From contig CM082596.2 of the NCBI GenBank assembly GCA_040954595.2, forward strand, positions 5,654,791-5,718,790: a stretch of DNA of 64,000 bases, given 5' to 3'. The DNA comes from Balanoglossus misakiensis. Taxonomy: Eukaryota; Animalia; Hemichordata. A program made the translations under genes and the position numbers. The notes beneath the pieces are model-generated. The model saw only the letters and a list, made by a program, of their open reading frames with translations, searched no databases and was not told the origin of the DNA. Within the stretch, counting starts at the first letter, position 1; each line of letters opens with the position of its first letter. Positions 1 through 11,500 of this stretch are shown piece after piece.

Positions 1-1177
1 AATATGCCAGGCACGAAAATTGGGAGCAGTGGACCAATCAGAATTCCTGTCTCTTTGCGCCCTGATTGAAACGCGAGGCATTATTGGTCTAAAAAAAGCC
101 AAGGAAACAAGACAGACAAAGGTAGTGTATTTATACCAATGAATCCTAAATGATGATTTATATCTTGTATGTTCGTTAATTAATTTTGTGTCATAAACAA
201 ATGTGCTTTAACTGACATATAAATGTGTAATTTTTTTGTGTGTATGTTTTGTAGGTGACGTTAAAATTAAGCGAGAAAGAAGTTGAGTTTGCTCTCCAGG
301 ACAAAGTGTTACTATCCTCCATCTTGCAAGAAGGATTGCCCGAGAAGAGATGAAAGGTCATCCTGAAAAAAATCTGCTTTTTGGACTTTTTCCAGAATTT
401 CTGTACTCAGTTTTGCATTTAAAACCTGTAAATATATTTTGAAAGATAAAGTTTTCAGCTCATTCGTAATATTCAAGGAATTTTCTTAGAAAGATAATTT
501 TATTCACAATTTTACAATAATGACTTTCTCAGCATTTTTACAATACCCATAACTATGTATTGTATCATGGGTGAAAGGATATTTGTCTTGAATTTTAGAT
601 TTAATGTACATATTTTATCCAATTTTTCTGTGCAATTTGTGAGTCAACTGTTTGTTTTTTGTTATTCATTTTTGAGAATTTCATCTGTAGTATTTTGTCT
701 TTGGAAAATAAATATAAAATATAAAGTACAAGATTTTTCTGGCTTGTTTTTTTATTGTGCTCTCTCTCCTACAAGAAATTAAAAGATTTTTTAAGTGATG
801 TGGAGAAAAATCAAATATCTGAACCAGCAAGACGCTCGGGAAGGTGCAAATTTCGATATTCAGTTTATTCATAGTATCTAAAGAACGATGGGAAAGACAA
901 ATGCAGAAGAAAACTGGCCAGCTAGCTTTAGGTTAGAGTAGAGGGCCCCGAAACACTTTCCAAGAGAAAGGAACAGTTAAAACAAAGGACACCTGCCGCT
1001 GTATAGCTTTTGCCAGCAAATGAAGAAAAGGGCGAGGAAATAAGACATACAAGCAAGAGACGGAACATATTACACGCTGAACCAATCAGGGCTCACTAAT
1101 GGTCCTGCACTAATGGGGAACGCGTGAAATCGGACATTGATGACGCGCGCGCCGGGAAAGATACATTTTGCGCGTTA

Positions 1178-2794
1178 AGGCCGAGTTACACGAGGCAACT
1201 CGGCAGGCAACTCGGTAGGCAACTCGACGCGCAACCCGAGTTGCCTACCGAGTTGCCTCGTGTGTATGATGTAGTCGCCTCAATGGAACGCGTCTGGCGA
1301 CGTCGCCTCAAAATCCGTCATGTCGGATTTTCGGGCGACGAGTTGCCTGACGCGCAATCGGTTGCCCCGCGTTACCACTTTGTCTCGAATAAATGTTGAC
1401 ATCTGCACATGCGAAAATGATGTTTATTTGTTATTTTCCGAACCAGGAACTACAGACTGTAGACCTGTAGACTTCCGAAAATATTGGGGAATAAGTATTT
1501 GCTATGAAATCGGATATTTGTATGTGTTTATAGTTTAATATTTCCATATAAACTCAAGTTTTGTTAAAGAAACTTTTAACTAATTATCTTGCCAGTGATG
1601 GTATAAAAAATAAACTACTATTCAGTTCCGCGAAAATGGTTATGATGATTGACTCGACATTGATTGCGTTTCCGATTTTGGGGGTACCGTAACCAAAAAT
1701 CGTAACCGAATTTCAGAATAATAAAACGCCAGCTTATGATTATCGCCCACAGTTCAAGAGTTCTTACACAGTCAGTGTACATCATATATCTTTTTGGGCA
1801 AAACACGGTCATGTCAACTTATAAATACATATAGAGTTATATTTGTATAATTTTACATACTGTACAAACAAATCTTTCAATCAATATATTTCTTCTTTAA
1901 AAAATATACTTCGTTATTCTACAATGAAAAGTCCCACTTGCTTTGTTATTACTTTCACTGTATTTCGAAACACGGATTTAGTTTATTATCGATAACGTTT
2001 TTACAGATTGGCACGACTTTCGCTCCGCATTTTTCACACATTTGTATGATGTGCAGTTTGATAATTCAGTAATCTTAATGTTACATTGCGCAACAGTCTT
2101 CAATTTCCCCATAATCTTCTCCCCTGTCTTACGAGGATTTAAACTCGCCGGTTGATCTTTTATAACAAAAAAATATACCTGGTTTCAAGTACATTTTAAA
2201 TAAAATAAGTCAATGTTTTTGTAATTAAACTTAAGTTACTCCTTTTTTATTAAAAAAAATATTTATTAACTTTAAATTTTGTCCAATTTGGTATCACGGT
2301 TAAAAATTCCGTATTAATCAAATTAAGCACCAAAGCTAGTATTTTTTCTTTACTCATATAGACTTGCATATCACGTGCTAACTGTGAAAAAAACATGTTT
2401 TCATTGATTAGGATACTGTTGAAGTGCAATACTAGTTAGTTTATTATGTAAATAGTAAACATAATGGATAAAGTGTACGTATTGTATGCAGTTCAAATTC
2501 GCAAACTGTGTTTTTTTTTCAAGAAAAAATACCTGGTCAGATGACCAGTTTGATCAGCTAATTGATAAGTATAATATATGCATGCTGTTGCCAGAATAAC
2601 CACCAAATTGATCGGATAAAGATCAAATTGAATATCGGCTTTTGAGGCGGGTGCACATGCGCAGCCGCTGTTTACGCCCAATTAGTTGCCAGTCGAGTCG
2701 CCCCGTGTAACCGTTCGATGTAGCGTCGCGACTCGGGTTGCGCGTCGAGTTGCCCACCGAGTTGCCTGCCGAGTTGCCTCGTGTAACTCGGCCT
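1178..2794. mobile_element. Non-autonomous PIF/Harbinger-type DNA transposon (1.6 kb)
   Basis: 64-bp terminal inverted repeats at 1178-1241 and 2731-2794 (AGGCCGAGTTACACGAGGCAACTCGG..., 1 mismatch). Both ends are flanked by a TTA target-site duplication (1175-1177, 2795-2797). A 3-bp TWA TSD is characteristic of PIF/Harbinger. The interior is AT-rich with no transposase ORF. Confidence 0.9.
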
Positions 2795-2910
2795 TTAGTG
2801 TGCTCTGAATGGTTTAGCGTGTAAGACCAGTAGCCCATGTTCCATCACGTTCTGAATCATAGGCATCTTTTGCTTGTCTGTTTTTTCTCATTCTTCAGTT
2901 CTTCCAAATA

Positions 2911-2930
2911 AACACACACACACACACACA
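2911..2930. repeat. Short (CA)n microsatellite
   Basis: aacacacacaacacacacaca seen directly. Confidence 0.7.
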
Positions 2931-3473
2931 ACAGTAGCAAGAGGAACCCGACGGCACACATTTTCATTAATAATGTTCCAAAACATTTTAAGAGTTAGAC
3001 TCCACTTTATTAGTGCAATAAAATAGGTAATGTCTCTTGAGATACATTTCTTCCTGTTAATAAACCTTTATGTTACATGTTCTTTCGTGGGATTATTTTG
3101 CTTGGACAGAAATATATATACACACGTAAAAAAGTTGATCCTGATAACACTTTTTTGGCCTTGAACTAACCCTTAACCGCCACCAAGGTTTGGTCCTAAT
3201 CAGTCGTTTTCTATGCCCCATCATAGTATAAGGGGAAATGAGGGTCTGTACACGAAACTGTTTAACTTGGAATACAAAAAGTCTTTTTGCATCTCCTTGG
3301 CCCTCGCTCAGCTTGTTCAATTCCGATTGTGTTTATTTTCTCGAATATACGAAACGTATCTGTTTTGTGCGTCGATATTCTGTGGTCTATACAAGATCAT
3401 CCTCGTGTTCGTTCATTCATTTCAAACAACTACCAACTTCCAAATTAGTACTTTTCAGTCTCTGTGCGTTTGC

Positions 3474-5138
3474 TCACTGGTTAGCGTGTGTGATGTAGAT
3501 CCGTTCGATGGCGTTCTTCCGCAGTTTGTCGACAGCTTCCCGGGTGAAGCGCCGGTTGGTGATCACGCTGAATCGTTTTATCAGAGGGCAGCAGTTGGCC
3601 ACAGCCAGAACGCCCTTCTCGGTTACCATGGAGCTTTCCCAGCACAGGATGATTACCTGTTCGAGGGGGCAATGGAGAGCCACCTCGCTCAGTCCGCTGT
3701 CTGTTATCTTGATGTCATCATCGATGGAGTACTTTCCGTACAATCCGAGCTTTCTGATTTGACGGCAGTTTTCGGCGATGGCGAACAGGAGCTCGTCGTC
3801 CGCCGTCTGCGTTTCCAGCTCGAGTTCGCGGATGTTTTTACAGCCCCTGGCTATCGTCAGCAGGTACTCCTTCTGTCGGTATTTTGTCTGGTGGTCGCTA
3901 ACCGACGGTTCGGTGTGGATGTTGAGCAGCAGCTTTCGCAGTTTGGCGGCCCTGGACTCGTCGCTGAATAACTGGTAAAGTTTGTTCAGAGAACTGTCGT
4001 GAGCGCACGCGATCTCAAGTCTCTCCAGGTTCACGCAGTGATCGACGACAGCCTCGACGGCCTTGTTCTCAATGCCCTCGTTCTTCTTCCTGCTGAAGTC
4101 GGAGCGAAACTTCAGCTCTTTCAGATTTTTGCCGATCGCGGAGAAGACGGACCCGATCGTGCCGCTGTCGAAGAAAGTCATAGGCGCTTCCAACGTGTGT
4201 AAATTTACCAAGGGTTTGAAGACGGTGGGAATGTCGCGCAACAAGTAATTTCCGTCGATCGTCAGTTTTCTGAGCGTTGTCGGAAGGCGATGGAGGTGGG
4301 TATCGAAAGAAAGATTGTAGAGTTTTGAATTGAATCGATCGGCATTTCTGAGGTAGATTTCTTCAATTTTGTGACAGCCCCTCGATAAAATCTCGAAGCA
4401 GTGACTGATTTTGGGATCAACTTCGTACAAGTCGGTCTTGAAGGCTCTGATGTTTGGGCATCCAAGAGCAACGGCCATAAAGCTCTCATCGGTGATATGA
4501 ACGTTGCCATGAATCGCCAATGTTTCGAGTTCTTTGCCCAATATGCTGACTATCTCCTTCACGTGTTTGTCGTAGATCCCCGAGCTGCGGCTCTGGAACA
4601 TGTCGTGCAAGAGAGTCACGTTCCTGATGCTCCTGTTGTTCTTCAGAAAACAGATCTCGTTCTTTATGATCTTTCTCTCAAGACTCTCCGAGTCGTACCT
4701 GAGCGCCAGACTGACAGTGTGCAATGTCGGGCAGTGAACGTCCTGGAGGAATTTACCGTTGTACTTCTTCACGGAGTACTCCAGATGCAGGTGTTCCAGC
4801 CTGGTCTGGTTGCAGACGAGCGCCCTCAACCCTCTCTCAGTCACCTTTGGACAGTGCTCGATGAGGACGTACTGCAGTTGGCAGCGGGTGGCTGCGATGC
4901 TTTCCAAAACCGTATCGGTCACTTCCCTGTTGTACGAAAAGTGCAGCCGCTTCAGCTGCGACACGAACAGCCCCGTCTGCAGGTAGGGCAAGTTCGCAGC
5001 CACGAACTTGTCATCTTCGAGGCGCTCCAAGATCGCTTCTTTAAACCTGGCCGGCAGACCATGCCTCACGTCGTTGTACAGTATCTTCAGATTTCCCCCG
5101 ATAGTCCGAAGGCACAGATCAGTCAGAGTAGCAATCAT
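3474..5138 (-). CDS. Cysteine-containing leucine-rich-repeat protein (AMN1/FBXL-like) with N-terminal BC-box/Cul2-box-like motif, 554 aa, single coding exon
   Basis: Long GC-rich ORF. The ATG at 5138 lies just after a splice acceptor (ttttcaag|gaaaATG, exon starts 5142). A candidate 5' UTR exon donor (aag|gtatgta) is at 6068 and a minus-strand AATAAA at 3006-3011. LRR_CC repeats include CPKVTERGLRALV, HITDESFMAVALGCPNI, ITDSGLSEVALHCPL and VTEKGVLAVANCCPLI. The N-terminus reads TLTDLCLRTI...LPARFKEAIL. Confidence 0.85.
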   Translation of the reverse strand: MIATLTDLCLRTIGGNLKILYNDVRHGLPARFKEAILERLEDDKFVAANLPYLQTGLFVSQLKRLHFSYNREVTDTVLESIAATRCQLQYVLIEHCPKVTERGLRALVCNQTRLEHLHLEYSVKKYNGKFLQDVHCPTLHTVSLALRYDSESLERKIIKNEICFLKNNRSIRNVTLLHDMFQSRSSGIYDKHVKEIVSILGKELETLAIHGNVHITDESFMAVALGCPNIRAFKTDLYEVDPKISHCFEILSRGCHKIEEIYLRNADRFNSKLYNLSFDTHLHRLPTTLRKLTIDGNYLLRDIPTVFKPLVNLHTLEAPMTFFDSGTIGSVFSAIGKNLKELKFRSDFSRKKNEGIENKAVEAVVDHCVNLERLEIACAHDSSLNKLYQLFSDESRAAKLRKLLLNIHTEPSVSDHQTKYRQKEYLLTIARGCKNIRELELETQTADDELLFAIAENCRQIRKLGLYGKYSIDDDIKITDSGLSEVALHCPLEQVIILCWESSMVTEKGVLAVANCCPLIKRFSVITNRRFTREAVDKLRKNAIERIYITHANQ

Positions 5139-5168
5139 TTTCCTTGAAAAAAACAAAAGGGCAAGGTT

Positions 5169-5170
<2 letters not shown>

Positions 5171-5202
<32 letters not shown>
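5171..5202. repeat. (CAT)n microsatellite in the LRR gene 5' UTR intron
   Basis: atcatcatcatcaccatcatcatcatcatcatc seen directly. Confidence 0.85.
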
Positions 5203-5864
5203 CGCTGTCAGTTTTTACTTTCAAACGCATGTAATTCTGTCAGACTGATTGTGCGTTTTTTTTCTTCTGATTCTCTCGTCTAAAGAGATCGAGCTGCGTT
5301 AATCTAAGTCCTAAAAGCCATATTAAAACCGGAAGTTTTCCCTTATTGCGAAATTGCTATTTTCTAGGACGGCAATAGCTATACCCATAGTTATCGGAAA
5401 ACGCAAAAAAATGCATGTAGGCCTATTGGGGTTACTAAATCGGACACTGTGACCCAAATCCCTTTCTTGACTCAAATGTCGCATGTAATGTAAGAAAACG
5501 CGCTGAAGCCGCGTGTGATCAGGTAATTTGTTTTAGCCCTAGGACAAGTCTGGGTTGAACTTAATACCCCCGTCGAGATACTAAGATATGATGACCATTT
5601 CCTTGTGTGTCTCTAGTGGGTATACTCCTACACCCATGCACGTACAAGTCCCTAGTATTTCAACAAACCCAGTACAGAAACATTGTAACTCAATGAACTG
5701 TGGACGTTGCATTCACAAAGTTTTCCTGTTTACAAGAGTTGAAAATCCTTCAATGTTTTTAGGGTTTAAAAAAATCAGACGACCCTGACCTTGTTTAGTG
5801 CTAAAACATTTGTCTGTGTTGCTAAGATCTTCACTCCTTCACTTCAGATTTCGGCTTAATGATC

Positions 5865-6002
5865 GGATAATCTCAGGAATTAGCGGATAATCTGTAAAAA
5901 ATAAGTTAAGGCTGTACTTGCGTGCAAGTTGCATTTAATACACATGCGATTACAGGCACACTTTATTTATTAGAGATTATCCGCTAAATTAAGAGATTAT
6001 CC
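5865..6002. repeat. Imperfect long palindrome, probably a MITE remnant
   Basis: Arms ggataatctcaggaattagcggataatctgtaaaaaataa (5865-5904) and ttatttattagagattatccgctaaattaagagattatcc (5963-6002). Partial pairing continues inward (ctgtacttgcgtg / catgcgattacag). Confidence 0.7.
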
Positions 6003-6067
6003 AGTCAACAAGTGTCTGCGCGCTGTGAGAAGTCCGTCTTAGGCTTTATGCATACAACGATACATAC

Positions 6068-8506
6068 CTTTCCGTGAAACGGGTAAATTGTGCTCGGTGT
6101 CGCTAGCAACGAAACGAAAATCTGCAGCTACACAATCAACACCATTGCGTCGTTGTATTCAGTAACGCGGAACTGCACATGAACTCCTGTTCTTGCGAGG
6201 GTTATCCGACTAAATCTTACGAGATGCGAAGAGCCTGTTTCCTTGTTCTCAAGTAACTCTCGTTGAGGGCGTTTTCTCGCGGCGATTGTACTGAACTCAA
6301 GGCCAACCGAACGAGTTCCACCAAAAAGTGATTTCACTTGGATGCCGCAGTGATAAAGTCAATTAAACCGAGGTGTTTACCACTCAGAACTAGTCTCGTC
6401 TACAGCTTCCAGTATCAGTCTCACTGTTTTATACATTTGGTGTGCTCTGTATGAGTCAAATGTACTATAAACGCCCAGTGAAACACAGGGAGTCCCGAAT
6501 CCAGTAAAACATTCGAGGAATCCAAGAATTAAACCTCCACCCGGAAGCACGCGTTGCTAAGGAGGTTCTACGCCGAGGTCATATGGTGACGCAAAGAGGC
6601 AATTTGATTTTGTCGGCGATACTTCGTGGAATGATATTAGCGAGAACTGAGATGTCAGAGAGAGAGGTTGACCGCAAAAATATTGGAAAGACCTTTTCTG
6701 TAACAAAGTTTTTATTAGTCAGTCGAGGTCCTCATCATGAAGATGCCCATAGCTAGGGTTACTAGTTTTAATCTGAAGATTTATTTACTTGTTTAATGAC
6801 ATTTTATTTTAATTTAGCTTTTATTTCACTTTACATCCGGTTTTGATTTAACCTATTATGGTTCCACTATGACAGGTTGGATTATGACTCCACTACAATA
6901 GGAAGCTGGCTGTCGGATTCCTCGTTTGTGTCACAACAATCCCGAAATATGATTGATATTTCAATCTGGGTTTCGGTTGTCAAGTGTTCAAATTCCAGCG
7001 GAATTCGTGTTTGCGATATCCCCAGCTACATTACTTGTGATTTGATTTGAAATTTTGAGTCATAGAAAACGACCGACACTCGAATTTCGTGACTTTGTGG
7101 TACGTGTGATCGGATATTGGTCACGGTATTATCACGCCACCTGTAACTCATGCGAGGTGATTATTAAAAAAAAAAAAAAAACGGTCGACATAGTCATTTG
7201 TTCATGTAGAACAAAATATCTTGTGACAGGGTAAGTTTACAATACTCTGAGATCATAAGTATAACAATGTATAGATAAAAAAATATCGATCCGCAGAATG
7301 CTTGTCAATATTGTATTACGCCGGGTGTCATTGTCCTCAGCGGTTAAAGGAAATAATTGTTGTGGTGTATTTTCGGCCTGCATTGGATTTTCCTGGTTTT
7401 CCCAGATGAGATCGATTTACATGTACATAAGTCACAAAATATCCAAGGTCAACTCCATATCGCTGTGCATGGTACTGAGATGATGTGCATGTAAAGTTGG
7501 AAAAGTTACGTCCGGGTGACTGACACGGTACTTTCGGCCGGTGCGTTTAAAGTGACAACGCTCAATAATTAAAAATACGCTCTATACATCAGTATGAAGT
7601 ATGTTTGAAATAAAAGAATTCGTCGTCCCAATTCATCTCAAATATGTTTAATACCGACATTCCTTCTGTTATACCGTTTAGATATGTAGATCGCGTTTGG
7701 GAAGTCGGCAGCTGACAGTGTGATTGCATGTGTGAGGCCGAACCTCAACTTCCTACTTCCGATGTTCCGACAGACAAAACTTGAAGCAACATCCCGAATT
7801 AACAACATCCCGGAATTTGTCGTTGGCCCCTTTTTTTATCGTCAACCAGATATTGTATGATTTTAAAAATTACACTTAAGTTGAAAGTAACTTTACTGAC
7901 AACTGTTGGAGATATAACACCCCTTCGATTTACTCCTGCCTGTCGTGTAAACTGTGTTGTAACTTGCACGAGTCGGGTATTTACTACATTGTACTTTTAG
8001 TATCCCACTTGACACCTTTGGACCCCGTGGATGCTTTTGTTTACATAATAATATGTTGACCAATCCGATCAACAGAGTGGTGACTAAAGGTCGTGCGCCT
8101 ACCCAGGTGATCAGTCTCCAACGATGATGTCATTTTTATTCGGGGTATTTAAATATATCACTCCGCAAACGAGTAATCGTGATAAATAAAGTGGTATGGT
8201 CGAGCAAATTTTCAAATACCTTTCTTTTAGATATATACCCAAATACTACAATAAAGTAAACTTTCCAGGGCCGAGCAATTTACAAAAAAATCGTTTCGAT
8301 TTACTTTATGTCGCCCCCGCGGAAGAATACACATAGAGTGGTGCGTGGCCCTGGATGACAACAACATCAGGAAAAATTGCGAAACTTGATATCAAGCGAT
8401 CTGACTCAGCTGATCTACAATAGTTACCTTGGAAACCGGTATCTACCTAAATTAGGGATGTTCCCATGACTAGAGGCAGTTTGAATACGTGTCTACTATT
8501 GGAACC
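6068..8506. promoter_or_regulatory. Divergent promoter/5' UTR region between the LRR gene and NBR1, with RFX X-box-like and ETS motifs
   Basis: CpG-richer region between oppositely oriented genes. Motifs: GTCGCTAGCAAC (6099-6110), CCGGAAG (6541) followed by GTTGCTAAGG (6553), and GTTACCTTGGAAAC (8423-8436). A candidate acceptor at 8230 (tttcttttag) would open the NBR1 ATG exon. The TSSs cannot be located from sequence. Confidence 0.45.
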
Positions 8507-11500
8507 ATGTCAGAAAATTTTGCGTTAGCCGTGCGATGCGACGGCGAAACCAATGTTTATCAACTGACCTATGATATAACGTGGGAAAACTTGGAGGCCA
8601 TGGTGGGTACTATTTCTACTTTGATCGCAGATTTCGAGAGCTTGTGTAATCCATGTGGGCGATAGTTTAGAGAGTAATAACCTTGCGTCTTGTTTATTTC
8701 ATTGCAGCTGAAATGCGTGGTCGACAAAGAGAGAATACTCTTCAAATATGTTGATGAAGAGAATGACGAAGTAAGTACATATTTATATACATGACGTCCG
8801 CCATTTTGAAACCAAAGATCTACTTTTCACGTCTGCAGTGCGTGTTCATTTCAGTTGATGATCGCGATCGCACAGTTTTTGCATTCTTTCGGCTAATACC
8901 CGCTTCTGTCTTGTTTTCTCTTTAGGTTTGCCTCAATAGTGAAGGTGAGTGCATATTAATTATGATACGGCCAATGGCTGTGTGTAGTGGTAAAGTATGG
9001 AAGAGCTGTATTTTGGGTTGTTGCGTCAAGTGTTTCCGCCCCTCCGGTAATAATATCACATGATCCAGTTGCGCAGTTAATTTATAAGGTGGCATTGGTT
9101 GTAAACAAGGCATTTTCTGTAAATAACAGTTGAATTTTCGACGAAGCCTTTAACTGATTACTGTATATCTTGAAGTTAGGTCATTTTTGTGGATGAATAT
9201 TAGGAAACGTAATGGCACAACTCTGGATCAAAATATTTGTTTGTTTGAAATATAATCGGGTGTGTGCAGAAATATCCATGAGCAATCATTAAGATCTGAA
9301 TATTGGGATATTTGATAAGTTTAAGTATAGATGTAAGCGGGGTGTGTTTATTTGATATAAAGTTATTCTTAGCCACCATTCCATTTTGCCATATTTGGGA
9401 TCGAGGGGATGTTTTTCACTCTGTAAAATGAAACACTGATAAGAATTCCAGTTGGCCAGTCAAGAAATTCCATTCATCGTTGGGCCATGGTTCTGTAAGG
9501 GGGCACTGCAGCACAATCTATGGGGAGTACATTCTGCTTGTTCAGAGACAACTGACCTGTGAAGTCTGTTGGATCATTTTACAAGTGGTGACTGGAAAGA
9601 AATTTGTTGCTTGAGTTTTCCAGCAGATTCGAAATAGACCAAGAAACCAATACAATCAAGCATCTGATTTGCATAAATATGCTTTTTGTAAACATTTTTG
9701 TGTGTATTATTATGTGGAGTGAAAAAGAGAGCTGATTCACTCGAAAGAAGTGCTGAGCTGTACTTTACTGTGTTAGCTTTGTCAATAGATGAGCATAGAC
9801 CAATTTATTTAAATCACCAAGGGTTAATGTGTACAAAGGGCCAACTAGTGCAACGTTGTATTAAACTCCACCAATCCAGTGATGAATGTCATACCTAAGT
9901 TTTCAAAAAACTCATTTGAGTAATAAAGAAGTATGAACATTTTAAGAGCCGCATTGCGTAGAAGACGCTGTGTGTATAAATTTAGTCTAACAGTTTGAAC
10001 TTGAAACTTATTTTTCAGTCGAGTGGGTCATAGCTAAAGACGTGGCCAGAAAGAATAACGACACCCTGAATATTACATTGGAAGTATCGGCTGCAGAGAC
10101 CCCTGCTAACATGATGGAGACACCCCCTGAGGTTTGTGAGCAGCCACCAATGGCAAGCGCAGCGTCCGCGGAAGGTGACGAGGCAATGGTTGTCGAAAAC
10201 GATGACGAGCCTGTTGTGCTGTGCGATGAAATGGAAAAGGATGCACCACTACAGGTGTGCAGATTTTTTTTTTTTTGTGTGTTGTTTATTTCTGAATTTT
10301 CCATCCTGATTTATTCCATAGTATTTGCTTGGATCAGAAATAATGTTAAGGCATTTAATTTGGATGGCCACATATTCAGAAATATCATTTGAAGGTATCT
10401 TGTCTGATGTTCGTTTGGGATGGTGTGCCCCATAAGCCTAGGTGGGTTTCCATCATTAACATGCCTGTTGTATATCATCACCAGGAGACGGCGAACCCCA
10501 AATGTCCGGAGCGGATGAATCGCGCCTACAGGAAATTGAAACACAAAAGAAAGCATTACTATGCCTCCCTGGCCGAGGAAGTGGGCAAGTCGAGGGCCAA
10601 GGCGGAGGAGGAGAGATCCAAGCGATCGAACACCCAAGGCGAGCGATATCAGACCGACAGCGCGGAGGAGAACGAGCCCCCTCCGAAGTGGTTCAAACAG
10701 GAGTGGAGAAAGGTGAGGGGAACTGAGCGATTTTATCTCTTCTATTTTTCAGCTGAAAATCGGAAATGCCCGTCTGATGTCTTACTGTATTCTGCGAGCA
10801 TCCTAATTTCCCCTAGCCTTTAATACAGATACAAACTGAATAGATTTATCCACATGATAACTGTACATGAATATTGTTATTCAGTGATGCGTGTAAAGAC
10901 TTACCATGGTAACACTACCATGCCTATTGAAAATGTTCAGAAATATGTATTCCAAGTGAATCAATATCTGGCAGCGATGATCTGATAAATAAATTGCAGA
11001 GCGCCATATTTCAATACAAAAATGCAGGCCGCACATGAACAAAAAAAAATCAGCGTGACTTGTACTTTAAGTGCAAACGTCATCCTAAAATCCCAATATT
11101 TGCATACAACCTATTCTATCTCTCTCTCTCTCTTTTCTCTCTCATGCCTTCCAATGCATGACCCATGCGTAGTTAGTCCAGATTGTATCCTCCATGTGTT
11201 ACGGCTGGAGTTGTGATAGAGCCCACATGCAAGTACGACTATGTCTGTACTGTACTTAGCCATGGAGTCATCTTAGCTTACCTCAATGGTGGCAAGCATG
11301 GCTTTCCCAGCTTTTGGCTTTATCAAGTCTTTTTTTTTCCTGTCATGCATGGTCCTTTTCCCCCCATCTTTTTAGTTGATAAAGGTATTATTGACTGCAT
11401 TGCAACAGTCTGCATCTAAACGGTGTTTCAGGTCTGCTAGAACGTTTCTATTTCCAGCAAGGACATTAAATATAAAATGTTGTAATATTGGGATTTTAAG

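Noticed and set aside
1-300. Apparent donor at ~121 and acceptor at 254 suggesting the terminal exon (GDVKIKRERS*) of an upstream gene
   Set aside because: The matching upstream frame contains a stop and there is no recognisable homology; cannot be supported within this window.
1140-1178. ...tttgcgcgTTAA resembling a piggyBac/Kolobok end
   Set aside because: The TTAA is formed by the Harbinger TSD plus its first base; the pre-insertion site reads TTAG.
1124-1399. 91-aa ORF with RQLGRQLGRQL repeat (and its mirror at 2623-2838)
   Set aside because: Translation of the transposon TIR motifs. The repeats have no unique spacers, so this is not a CRISPR array either.
3213-5147. 252-aa and 248-aa plus-strand ORFs
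   Set aside because: Antisense shadows of the GC-rich LRR CDS with no recognisable domain.
5008-5283. ORF with a poly-His tract
   Set aside because: Translation of an intronic (CAT)n microsatellite on the non-coding strand.
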